Below are positions 46,488 to 55,444 of a stretch of DNA of 64,000 nt, piece after piece. Each line of letters begins with the position of its first letter. Position 1 is the stretch's first letter. The position numbers were made by a program, and so were the translations under genes. The notes below the pieces were generated by a model, which made no database searches, was not told where the DNA came from, and worked only from the letters and a program-made list of their open reading frames with translations. This DNA comes from an uncultured bacterium (GTDB lineage: Bacteria > Patescibacteriota > Patescibacteriia > Patescibacteriales > UBA12465). The DNA lies in assembly GCA_903945435.1 (NCBI GenBank), contig CAJAVM010000003.1:1352-65351 (forward strand). The letters run 5' to 3'.

Positions 46488-47243
46488 TTATAATTTTTTT
46501 AGATTATTTAGAGCATCTTTATACCTTTTTCTATAAATTGCTACCTCACTGTATCCCAAGGCAACTCGGTTTTTACCGTATTTATCGTTTAATTCTTTGG
46601 AAATTTTTTTATCCCCCTTTTTTATTTTAGTTAAATCCCAGGTATCTTTGGCTACGGTTTGAGGCTTCTTAACTTTGTTATTTTTTCCATCTTTTATTAT
46701 CTCGGTTATTTTTTTACATGCCATAGCTATATCTCGGCTGGTTGTGTGAGGAAAAATTTCTAGATATATTTTTCCCGGGGTAAAAGTGTACTTATTTATT
46801 TCTGGGTTTTCGTTAGCAATAATAATTCGTGTTCCAGGAATCTTCTTTCTGGTAAGCCCAGATTTTAGTTTTATTCCTTCTTTTGAAAATTCAGGCAATA
46901 AGTAAGTAATTAGATTTTTATTTATTATATAATCAGCTGTAAAAAATACACAGTTAGAAATTAGATTATTCGGTATTTTAAATTTACTTATTAGTTTTTT
47001 TGAATTCAAAAATAAGATTCTGTGATTCTTGCTATTTGCATGTTCCCAATCAAAAGACAGTTGGTTATTATTAAAGCCTTCTTTTGGAATATTAAGATTG
47101 GTTCTTATCCTCCCAACTTCTTTAATAAAGAAAGGATGGTCTAATAACAAGGAATAAAGCCATGACTCATCTCTAGATAAATCATCTCCGTTTGGAAAAG
47201 TGTATATATTGCTATTTTCTATTTTTTGGTTATTTATACTCAT
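46488..47243 (-). CDS. Basic hypothetical protein, possible C-terminal HTH regulator
   Basis: Lys-rich; C-terminal KKISKELNDKY...LGYSEVAIYRKRY looks like an HTH. Confidence 0.6.
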   Translation of the reverse strand: MSINNQKIENSNIYTFPNGDDLSRDESWLYSLLLDHPFFIKEVGRIRTNLNIPKEGFNNNQLSFDWEHANSKNHRILFLNSKKLISKFKIPNNLISNCVFFTADYIINKNLITYLLPEFSKEGIKLKSGLTRKKIPGTRIIIANENPEINKYTFTPGKIYLEIFPHTTSRDIAMACKKITEIIKDGKNNKVKKPQTVAKDTWDLTKIKKGDKKISKELNDKYGKNRVALGYSEVAIYRKRYKDALNNLKKL

Positions 47244-47402
47244 ATATTGTTATTTTATCATTATTAGCCATTTTTAGGTAGTTTACTATGATTTATTAAT
47301 ATAATATTAGTAAACGAGATAGCTTAACCTTAGCAAAAAATACCTTGATTTTGCTTGTTTTTAGGAGTAAAGTCTAAATATAATTATAAAAGAAGCAAAA
47401 AT

Positions 47403-50231
47403 ATGATTCAACAAAAATTTCCAAGAGGCTCGGAGTGGAGAAAATGGGATTTGCACGTGCATACTCCAGCTTCATTTTTTTGGGTAGGAGGCAAAAAATT
47501 AAAGGATTTATCTGATGAAATTAAGGAAGGCCATGTTGAATCAGAAAAAGATGAAGAAATAAAAAAATTCATAAAAGCCGTTAATGAATCGGACGTAGCA
47601 GTTTTTTGTATAATGGATTATTGGACGTTTGATTGGTATATAGAGCTAAAAAAATATTTACTAAGGCACCCAGGAGAATTGAACAAAACCATTTTTCCTG
47701 GTATGGAGTTGCGTGTTGAATGCCCAGTTGACTATAGACTCAATATTCATTTTATTTTGTCAGATAAATTAACTGAACAGAATTTAAATGATTTTAAGTC
47801 AGAATTAATGATAAGATCAGTTAACAGAAAATTGTCGGAGGAGGCCTTAATTGCTTCTGCAAAAATGCTAGACGCCAGTAAGGCTGCGGTGCATGGATAT
47901 GGAGACCCGTCTGTTTTGTCCGATGAAAAGTTATTAGAATTAGGTTCTAAAACGGTAGAAATAACAAAAGATTCTTTAAATACAGCATTAAAAAATATTC
48001 CGCCAGAGTCAGGCTATATTATTTTACCATATGATACCTCCGATGGACTTATTGATTTGGATTGGAAAACTCATCCACACGATGATAATTATTTCATGCA
48101 AACGGCTAGTATTATTGAAACTAGAAAAGCGGATAATGTAGATTTGTTCAATTGTTTGAAAACTGAAGCAAATAAAGATTTTTTTATTAATTTTAGTAAG
48201 ACTATTAAAAATACACCAAAACCATGTGTTTCTGGAAGTGATGCCCATGAGTATAAAAATTATGGAAAATATCCATCTGATAAAATTACATGGGTTAAGG
48301 CTGACCCAACATTTGAAGGTTTAAAACAAATAATATATGAGCCAGTAGATAGGGTTAAAATTCAAGAGTCTAGACCGGAAGAAAAAGATGATTACCAAGT
48401 TATAGATAAAATAAATTTTATAGACAATAAGTTTTTGCCAGACGATATATTAATAAATGAAAACTTAACAACGATTATCGGAGGTAAGTCTACTGGAAAG
48501 TCAGTTTTATTAAGAAATATAGCTAAAACTATTGACCCCGAAGAAGTTAAAACAAGACTTGGAGAGGTTGGCTTATCTGAATACGAAAAAGATGTAGAAG
48601 GATTCAAGGTTATTTGGAAAGATGGGCAGGAAAATGTTAAAAATGAAGATAAAGGAGTTAGAAAAAAAATTATTTATATACCGCAATCATATCTCAACAG
48701 ACTGGTAGATAAAAAAGAAGATAAAACATCTATAGACGAAATAATCAGAAATGTTCTACAACAGGATGATGAGGTAAGCAAAGCATTTGAGGAATTGAAA
48801 GAGTTTGAAAGAAATAATGAAAAAGAAATTTCTAAAAATGTGGATGATCTTTTTTACTCCAAAAAAGATTTTGCTGAACAATCTGAACTTATCAAAAATA
48901 TTGGCGACAAAAGGGGTATTTCTGAACAAATAAAAAGATTAGAGGTAGAAATTAAGGATTTGAAGGAAAAGGCTGGCATGACCCCCGATCAGATTTCTAA
49001 TTATAATTTATTAACGGAGAAAATAGGCAAAATAAAAAAGGAGAAGGAAGTAATTAACAACGATTTAATTTATTTAGATGCATTATCAAAAACAGATCCA
49101 TTCTTATTTATAGACTTTGAAGGGATTTCGTTGGAAATTAAAAATGGAATTTCCACTGATTTTGATAAATTAAAAATGGAATTTATTATTTCATGGCAGG
49201 CTCGTATTAGTGTAAGTGTAGGCAAACTTAACGAGGATTTAATCACAAAGGAATTAGAATTAATATCGGCTACAGATGAGTTAAATCCGTTATTAGAAAA
49301 AGCTAGAGAGAGTCGTGCATTAAATGAAAAAATTTCTAGATTAGATGGCGAAAAAAGTAAACTTAACACAATAGAAAAAGAAGAGTTGAAGCTAGAAAAA
49401 ATTAGACAAAATTATTTTAAATCGTTGTCTAATATGTCCGAATTGCACTTGGAATTTTATAATAAATATTTTGACAGTAGGGCTAAAATATTGAAACAGA
49501 CTATCATAGATGGAGAGATAACTTTTGATTTAAACGTTTCTTTCAGAAGTTTGTATTTTCAGAAAAATATTAATGAAATATTTGACCAAAGAAAATTGTC
49601 TAAATTTACCGATGTTAATATATTAGATTATTCATATTCTGATAATATTAATTTAAAACAGGACATAAGCAAAGTTATTTCTGGAATTTTATCTGAAAAG
49701 TTAGTCTTGAAAAGTGGCTATTCAAAAAAGGATGCAATAAATAAGATGTTACAGAATTGGTTTTCTTTAGATTATGCTATTAAGCAGAATGATGACGATA
49801 TTTCACAGATGTCTCCAGGAAAGAAGTCATTTGTTTTATTGAAATTATTAATAGAGCTTGATAAAAGCAAGTGCCCTATATTGTTAGACCAGCCAGAAGA
49901 CGATTTGGATAACAGATCTATATATAATGATTTAGTTAGGTTTATAAAAGATAAGAAGAAAGGAAGGCAAATTATTATAGCAACGCATAATCCGAATTTG
50001 GTTATTGGTGCGGATGCTGAAAATATTATTGTTGCCAACCAAAGTGGTGAAAAGACCCCAAACAAAACTTTTCAATTTGAGTATGTCACAGGCTCTATTG
50101 AGGATTCTTTTGAAAATAGTGGAGAAACAGCAATTTTATATCAGAAAGGTATTCAAGAACACGCCTGTGATATATTAGAAGGCGGTGAAGATGCCTTTAA
50201 GAAGCGAAAGCGACAATATAGTTTTAATTAA
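47403..50231 (+). CDS. PHP phosphoesterase fused to an ABC/SMC-like ATPase (TrlF / Ppl-like defence protein)
   Basis: WRKWDLHVHTP and SDAH (PHP); GGKSTGKS, coiled coil, MSPGKK, LLDQPEDDLD and ATHN; likely ATG at 47403. Confidence 0.88.
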   Translation: MIQQKFPRGSEWRKWDLHVHTPASFFWVGGKKLKDLSDEIKEGHVESEKDEEIKKFIKAVNESDVAVFCIMDYWTFDWYIELKKYLLRHPGELNKTIFPGMELRVECPVDYRLNIHFILSDKLTEQNLNDFKSELMIRSVNRKLSEEALIASAKMLDASKAAVHGYGDPSVLSDEKLLELGSKTVEITKDSLNTALKNIPPESGYIILPYDTSDGLIDLDWKTHPHDDNYFMQTASIIETRKADNVDLFNCLKTEANKDFFINFSKTIKNTPKPCVSGSDAHEYKNYGKYPSDKITWVKADPTFEGLKQIIYEPVDRVKIQESRPEEKDDYQVIDKINFIDNKFLPDDILINENLTTIIGGKSTGKSVLLRNIAKTIDPEEVKTRLGEVGLSEYEKDVEGFKVIWKDGQENVKNEDKGVRKKIIYIPQSYLNRLVDKKEDKTSIDEIIRNVLQQDDEVSKAFEELKEFERNNEKEISKNVDDLFYSKKDFAEQSELIKNIGDKRGISEQIKRLEVEIKDLKEKAGMTPDQISNYNLLTEKIGKIKKEKEVINNDLIYLDALSKTDPFLFIDFEGISLEIKNGISTDFDKLKMEFIISWQARISVSVGKLNEDLITKELELISATDELNPLLEKARESRALNEKISRLDGEKSKLNTIEKEELKLEKIRQNYFKSLSNMSELHLEFYNKYFDSRAKILKQTIIDGEITFDLNVSFRSLYFQKNINEIFDQRKLSKFTDVNILDYSYSDNINLKQDISKVISGILSEKLVLKSGYSKKDAINKMLQNWFSLDYAIKQNDDDISQMSPGKKSFVLLKLLIELDKSKCPILLDQPEDDLDNRSIYNDLVRFIKDKKKGRQIIIATHNPNLVIGADAENIIVANQSGEKTPNKTFQFEYVTGSIEDSFENSGETAILYQKGIQEHACDILEGGEDAFKKRKRQYSFN

Positions 50232-50256
50232 TTTATAAATTGGCAAAATTAATAGT

Positions 50257-51012
50257 ATGTTTAATATTCAAAATATTATAAATTTTATACCAATTGCTGT
50301 AATTATTTCAGCTATTGTTTTTTTAGTAAAATTCTTTGGAAAAGCGAGCACCGATCAGGTTCCGTTTGCTGATAATAGATCTTGGCATGAAGAATTATTT
50401 GGAATTGAATTTTTTGCCACCAGACTTGCATCTCCTTTAATATTCATATTTATTTTATATTCACGTCACTGGAATCCGCTGAAATTTACATCGGATGATT
50501 TATGGCTTTTTATTTTTGGAATTATTTCGGTAGTCATGCTTAACTTAGCTTCAAAAAATGCATTTAAATTTTTTAAAGATGATAACTTTGACGACGGGAA
50601 TCTTTTATCACTTTTAAAAAAGTTATATAAAAATAAAAATGATGAAAAGTTTGAACAAGGAGAAAATTTGTTAATTCTAAAACACCTTGTTTTCCCAGTA
50701 GTCGCTTATTTTATGATGGTGATGCTCATTCTTTTTTATGAATGGGGATCTTATTACCATTTATTAATTGCAATAATTTATTTCTTATTTTTTCTCTTAT
50801 CGTTTGCCCTTTTATTATCATTAAAAAAACGGAATATATTAAAGGCTAATATAAAATTTATCAACAATGAGGAAGAAGAAATAAAAGATTGCAGGGTCTT
50901 AAGGATAAATGAAGATAATATCAAAGTTAAAATTACAAATAATAAAGTTATAATTTTAAATAAGTCCACTGTTTCGAGGATAGAATTTGTTAATAATAAT
51001 TTGGAAAACTAA
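50257..51012 (+). CDS. Multi-pass membrane hypothetical protein with a small beta-rich C-terminal domain
   Basis: About 5 hydrophobic helices followed by RVLRINEDNIKV...VIILNKSTVSRIE. Confidence 0.7.
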   Translation: MFNIQNIINFIPIAVIISAIVFLVKFFGKASTDQVPFADNRSWHEELFGIEFFATRLASPLIFIFILYSRHWNPLKFTSDDLWLFIFGIISVVMLNLASKNAFKFFKDDNFDDGNLLSLLKKLYKNKNDEKFEQGENLLILKHLVFPVVAYFMMVMLILFYEWGSYYHLLIAIIYFLFFLLSFALLLSLKKRNILKANIKFINNEEEEIKDCRVLRINEDNIKVKITNNKVIILNKSTVSRIEFVNNNLEN

Positions 51013-51016
51013 ATTT

Positions 51017-51571
51017 ATGGGCATAGCTTATAAAAATTTTTGGAGTTTAAATACCGACGAAGCCGTTGTGGCTGGTATTTTAAGAAATGCCACCAGCAAA
51101 GATGTGGAAGTGTTAATGCCGTTAAATGCCCAAATGAAAGGAGTCGATCTTTACCTGTTAAATATTAAGACTAAAAATATTATAACTATTCAAGTAAAGG
51201 GAAGCAGGGCGTATGAACCACAGAAGGCTGAAGTCAAAAAATATGGTGACGGTTCAGGCGGTTGGTTTTTCTTTCCAAAAGAAGTAGTAACTAATGCGAC
51301 AGCAGATTTTTTCTGTTTTTTGATTTACATACTTGAAGAAAACGGAAAAACAGGAAGAAGAATTATTACGCCACATACATTAATGATCCCGACGCAAGTT
51401 TTAAAAGAAAAAAGTTTAAAATATAAAAAAACCCATGGGGATGGCCGCTTTAGTTATAAGATTTGGGTTAACCCATCAGACAAAAAGGCTTTTGATTTTA
51501 GAGATGAAAAAATTGATTTCGATGATTTTTTGGATAAAAAAGGTTTTGCTGTGATTAATAAAGAATTATAA
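51017..51571 (+). CDS. PD-(D/E)xK family nuclease-like protein
   Basis: E...GVDL...IQVKGS catalytic pattern; likely ATG at 51017. Confidence 0.7.
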   Translation: MGIAYKNFWSLNTDEAVVAGILRNATSKDVEVLMPLNAQMKGVDLYLLNIKTKNIITIQVKGSRAYEPQKAEVKKYGDGSGGWFFFPKEVVTNATADFFCFLIYILEENGKTGRRIITPHTLMIPTQVLKEKSLKYKKTHGDGRFSYKIWVNPSDKKAFDFRDEKIDFDDFLDKKGFAVINKEL

Positions 51572-51585
51572 ATATTTTTCTTGGT

Positions 51586-52719
51586 ATGATTGAAGAATTT
51601 TTTAAAAAAGATCCAATTGAAAAAGTTGAAAGAGAACTGAGATTTTTGGTGTGGGATATCCTTTCTCAGAAATACGGTGAAGGCTGGATTTATAATGAGG
51701 AAATTATTTGCAAACAAAAATGGGCAGATGAATTAAAAAAAGTTTTTGAAAAAGATAAAAAAATACAACATAACGATAATATTCGTGAATTGTTGATTTC
51801 ATATGCCGATTTTTTTGACATAAAAAAGCTTATAAAGAAAAATCGATCATTATTTGAATCTGTTTTTTCTAATTTTGAAGTTATTGTCGGCTATATTGAA
51901 ACTATTATTGGTCTTCGTAATGCAATTAAACATCATCGCGATATCTCATTAAATCAGCAACATCTTTTAATAGGAATATGCGGAGAAATAATTGATGCAA
52001 TTAACCTCTGGAGAATAGGATCAAAAATAGAATTAGATCGAATCGTTTTGTCTTTTAATGATTATATTGCGACTGAGGGGAAAAGTGAAACGCAAATTTT
52101 GTCGGAGGCAATTGAAAAAATAAATGAAATTCAAAATATTTTTTTGCATTCTTTAAAAAGTAATAGTATTGAGATTTTTAATACGAATAATAGTAGTGAT
52201 TTTGAAACCGTAATTAATACTCAGTATATTAAAATTGAGATAAGAACAAATAATAAAATCACTCCTGACAGTAAAATAGACAATATAGAATATAAGACTA
52301 TTCATAGTCGCTTGAGCTACAAAGCTGAATGCCCAGTGTCCCTAGACTTGATAATGGCAAATACAAATAAAACCTATCGGGTTATAGAGTATCTATTAAA
52401 AGGATTTATAGATATTAATCGTTTGAAAGAATGGTCTGAAAGACAGGCGGGGCTAACTCCTGGATCAAGCGTTGCCACGAACGGATCTTTTGATAGTATT
52501 GATTATGGTTTTTTGGGTGGAAAAATTAGAGTTCAGGCGGGGAAGCATGTGAATGAATTAAATGAAATTTGCGGAAAATTATCTTTATTGAATAATATTA
52601 ATGCTGAAAAATGGAATCCGCATTCAAATATAACGCCTAATGATTTAATAGGATTTATGCTTGGTAATATTTCTTCAAGAACTATCATGAATCTTTACAG
52701 AGAATCATTAGGTAAATAA
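51586..52719 (+). CDS. Swt1-like HEPN domain protein (predicted RNase)
   Basis: VERELR...YG..W...YADF.DI..LI...LRNAIKH (RxxxxH motif). Confidence 0.72.
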   Translation: MIEEFFKKDPIEKVERELRFLVWDILSQKYGEGWIYNEEIICKQKWADELKKVFEKDKKIQHNDNIRELLISYADFFDIKKLIKKNRSLFESVFSNFEVIVGYIETIIGLRNAIKHHRDISLNQQHLLIGICGEIIDAINLWRIGSKIELDRIVLSFNDYIATEGKSETQILSEAIEKINEIQNIFLHSLKSNSIEIFNTNNSSDFETVINTQYIKIEIRTNNKITPDSKIDNIEYKTIHSRLSYKAECPVSLDLIMANTNKTYRVIEYLLKGFIDINRLKEWSERQAGLTPGSSVATNGSFDSIDYGFLGGKIRVQAGKHVNELNEICGKLSLLNNINAEKWNPHSNITPNDLIGFMLGNISSRTIMNLYRESLGK

Positions 52720-52723
52720 AAAA

Positions 52724-53716
52724 ATGTCTGGATACGATCAAACAATAAAAATAAAAGTAAAATTTCAAGAAGACACTAAAAAGTTTTTAAAATTTTTAAA
52801 TTCTGTTGGCAAAAAGTACAAACGACCAACAATAATAAATTATAGATATCTTGGAAGGGGCAGATTCAATCTTATAGTTGATGGTGGCCCTGGTGGAATA
52901 GATGCTTTATTTCAAGAATTAGTGCTTAACAAGGGGTTGTATTATTACGGTTGCACTTTAAATAATAAAAAAGATATTATTTCCAATGTCATCCTTCCCG
53001 TATTTAGGCAGTTAATAGATAGGAGATTCGAAAATTCTCAGTCAAGATTTTTAAGAAAACATATACTAGGAAAATCTGCTCAGACAGAATTTGTCCCTTC
53101 TAATGCCACTGGTCGATTTAGTTATTTAATGGAAATCATATATAGAAAATGGGATATCGGAATTATAACAAATAAAGATTATATAATAGAAATTGATGGG
53201 GTTTTAAATAGTTTTTTAATGAATAAACTCGGATATAAAGAGGGCGATAGGAGTCCGAAATTCGATAGACTATTATCTAGTTTTAAAAAATCATTTTTAA
53301 TAAATGATATGCAGGGAGTCTTTCATGATGTTCATAAAATGAAAACGGAAGTATATCATAGACTTAGTGATATTAAAACAAAGGACAAATTGGAATTTAT
53401 ATCTAATAACTTGTTAAGCTATTTTAATTATTTTGATGAATTTGAGGCATCACAAAAAATAAAAACGATTAAGATTAGAGGAAAGAGGTATAGGAGAATA
53501 AAATATGGTTATGAAAAATGTGTGGATAGTAACGGACTTCCTTATCTGAATGACGATGGGACTCCAATTGACTGGGTAAAAATATCAAGCGAAAAAGATT
53601 GTCATGATTGCGGGGTGAAAAGAGGCCAGTATCACGTTGAGGGTTGTGATGCTGAGGTTTGTCCGAAGTGCGGAGGGCAATATATTAGTTTTGATTGCGG
53701 ATTGCCAACTTATTAA
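52724..53716 (+). CDS. Hypothetical protein with a C-terminal Cys/His zinc-binding cluster
   Basis: CHDCG...H..GCD.E.CPKCGGQ...DC. Confidence 0.7.
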   Translation: MSGYDQTIKIKVKFQEDTKKFLKFLNSVGKKYKRPTIINYRYLGRGRFNLIVDGGPGGIDALFQELVLNKGLYYYGCTLNNKKDIISNVILPVFRQLIDRRFENSQSRFLRKHILGKSAQTEFVPSNATGRFSYLMEIIYRKWDIGIITNKDYIIEIDGVLNSFLMNKLGYKEGDRSPKFDRLLSSFKKSFLINDMQGVFHDVHKMKTEVYHRLSDIKTKDKLEFISNNLLSYFNYFDEFEASQKIKTIKIRGKRYRRIKYGYEKCVDSNGLPYLNDDGTPIDWVKISSEKDCHDCGVKRGQYHVEGCDAEVCPKCGGQYISFDCGLPTY

Positions 53717-53746
53717 AAATACCGCCTTCGACCTAGGCGGTATTTT
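53716..53746. terminator. Bidirectional terminator
   Basis: AAAATACCGCCT/AGGCGGTATTTT. Confidence 0.8.
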
Positions 53747-53824
53747 GTATAAAAAATCCTAAATTATTTTGCCCCGTATCGCTTGCATTTTTACATTTTG
53801 ACAAACAAAATAAAATAGAATTAT

Positions 53825-54034
53825 TTATCTTCGATGTTGTATCTGATCAACTCTATTTTCCTTTAGATAATTAATAATATCTTCTTCGGAAAAACGGAGA
53901 ACACCATTTATCTTGTAGAAGGGAATTTTTCTTCCTTCGACAATGCGATAGGCGGTAGTCTGGGATATGTTAAATATTTGACCAAGATCTTTAATTGATA
54001 GGAGTTTTAAATTTTTTAGAGACATGTCATTCAT
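53825..54034 (-). CDS. Excisionase-like helix-turn-helix protein (HTH_17)
   Basis: LLSIKDLGQIFNISQTTAYRIV..RKIPFYKING.LRF. Confidence 0.82.
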   Translation of the reverse strand: MNDMSLKNLKLLSIKDLGQIFNISQTTAYRIVEGRKIPFYKINGVLRFSEEDIINYLKENRVDQIQHRR

Positions 54035-54231
54035 ATCCTCTATTTTACTATAAAATTAAATAATTTAGAATATTGTTCCTTGTGCTATTATTTGTTGGTT
54101 TAGTCAAATGGAACACGGGAAAATGCCCCTTGTGGTGTGCCATTTGTTCCATTTACCCACTAAATACCCGACCGACTGCCGTTATTTCGCCCCAATATAT
54201 ATCTTCAAAAAACCTTTGAAAATTGCTATAT

Positions 54232-54255
54232 CCTTGGTTCTAGACAGACACGGGG
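54232..54255. repeat. Candidate attR
   Basis: Similar to 36675-36693; lies immediately before the host bidirectional terminator. Confidence 0.55.
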
Positions 54256-54259
54256 AGCT

Positions 54260-54302
54260 AAATAAAAAACTGCGTACTATAATGGTATGCAGTTTTTTAT
54301 TT
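54260..54302. terminator. Bidirectional terminator (host side)
   Basis: AAATAAAAAACTGCGTAC/GTATGCAGTTTTTTATTT. Confidence 0.8.
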
Positions 54303-54337
54303 GATCAAATAATTTTAAGGTTTATTGTAATTTACTA

Positions 54338-55216
54338 CTAAAATGAATCTGCAAGTTTCTTAATAAGATTAGTATTATTTACTGGCCTTAATCTAGCAAG
54401 AAAAAACCTATTAATCTCAGATTGCTGTTCGCCAGCAATTACAGAAACAGCCGCTTGATATCCAGCTTTCTCGACGTACTCAGCGATAGCTTTATTAAAC
54501 GAACCGTAAGGATAAGCAATTGTCGCAACTGGGGCTTTAAATCGTTTTTCAAGCAATGTTTTACTTAAAGTTACCTGACGTTTAGCCTCATTTTTATTTA
54601 GAGAGGTAAGCATTTTGTGATCCAGAGCATGGGAACCAATTTCCACTAAGCCGCTATTCATCATCTCTTTAATCATATCTTCCGTTAAATAATCAGGGGC
54701 ATTAATAGCATTATATATTACATAAACAGTTGCCTTAATTTGATATTTTTTGAGAAGAGGAAATACGTATTCATAAAAATCACGGTAACCATCATCAAAA
54801 GTTAGGGCAATATTTTTCTCTTTAGTAAAATCACCGTTAACTCTTGAAGCGACTTGGCTCATGGTTATTGTTTGAAATTTTGATTTATTAATTAACTCTA
54901 ATTGTTGTTCAAAAATTTCAGGAGAAATTGTTAGACTAGCTCTTAAAGCATCATCCTTTTTTAAAGGTTCAACGTAATGATATAGAAGAATTGGTAGATA
55001 CACAGAGTTAGTGCGAGCCTCTACTTCAGGCGATGTTTTATTTTCAGAAGTGGCAGTAGGGGGGTTTTCTTCTGTTGAGCTTGCATTAAGAGGTTCATTA
55101 TAAATATCTAGCATTGCCGATATTTGTTGATTAAACATTAAACTTTCCGCTTCTTTATTTTTAGTTTTTTCAAATTTGATTTTTATGTATATACCTAAAA
55201 TTAAAAAAACAATCAC
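54338..55216 (-). CDS. Polysaccharide deacetylase (NodB/CE4)
   Basis: PILLYH, LTFDDGY, EIGSH..DH and AYPYG; the start may lie further upstream. Confidence 0.9.
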   Translation of the reverse strand: MIVFLILGIYIKIKFEKTKNKEAESLMFNQQISAMLDIYNEPLNASSTEENPPTATSENKTSPEVEARTNSVYLPILLYHYVEPLKKDDALRASLTISPEIFEQQLELINKSKFQTITMSQVASRVNGDFTKEKNIALTFDDGYRDFYEYVFPLLKKYQIKATVYVIYNAINAPDYLTEDMIKEMMNSGLVEIGSHALDHKMLTSLNKNEAKRQVTLSKTLLEKRFKAPVATIAYPYGSFNKAIAEYVEKAGYQAAVSVIAGEQQSEINRFFLARLRPVNNTNLIKKLADSF

Positions 55217-55444
55217 TATGAAAGATAGGACTATAAAAAGTGGCTTATTTACCTTAGATTGTTTTAATGAGAAGAATTTAATAACAATATAACTGTTAAT
55301 GATTAAAGCTGTGCAGGTTTATTCTAAAAGTCTAATTTAGTATATACAATTTATCAAATAAATCAATAACTGACAAAAAATAATTAATCTGTGATATAAT
55401 ATAATTAAGCTTATTAGCTCTTTTGCTGGAATATTATTTAGGTT

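Larger units (their letters stand above)
36681..54244. mobile_element. Integrated serine-recombinase element (terminase-encoding, capsid-less) carrying RM and defence cargo, inserted just 3' of tRNA-Gln
   Basis: Large serine recombinase, Xis-like HTH, TerS/TerL, four MTases and defence genes between tRNA-Gln and the return of host-type genes; similar end sequences AGACnGACAC at 36680 and 54242. Confidence 0.8.

Noticed and set aside
48024-50065. Several antisense ORFs within the PHP-ATPase gene (and similar shadows inside other long genes)
   Set aside because: They are antisense shadows of real genes with no independent motifs or expression signals
36681-54244. Complete prophage
   Set aside because: No portal, capsid, tail, lysis or replication genes are recognisable between the inferred ends
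54108-54341. 77-aa ORF
   Set aside because: It spans the repeat array, attR and a terminator, and its composition is not protein-like
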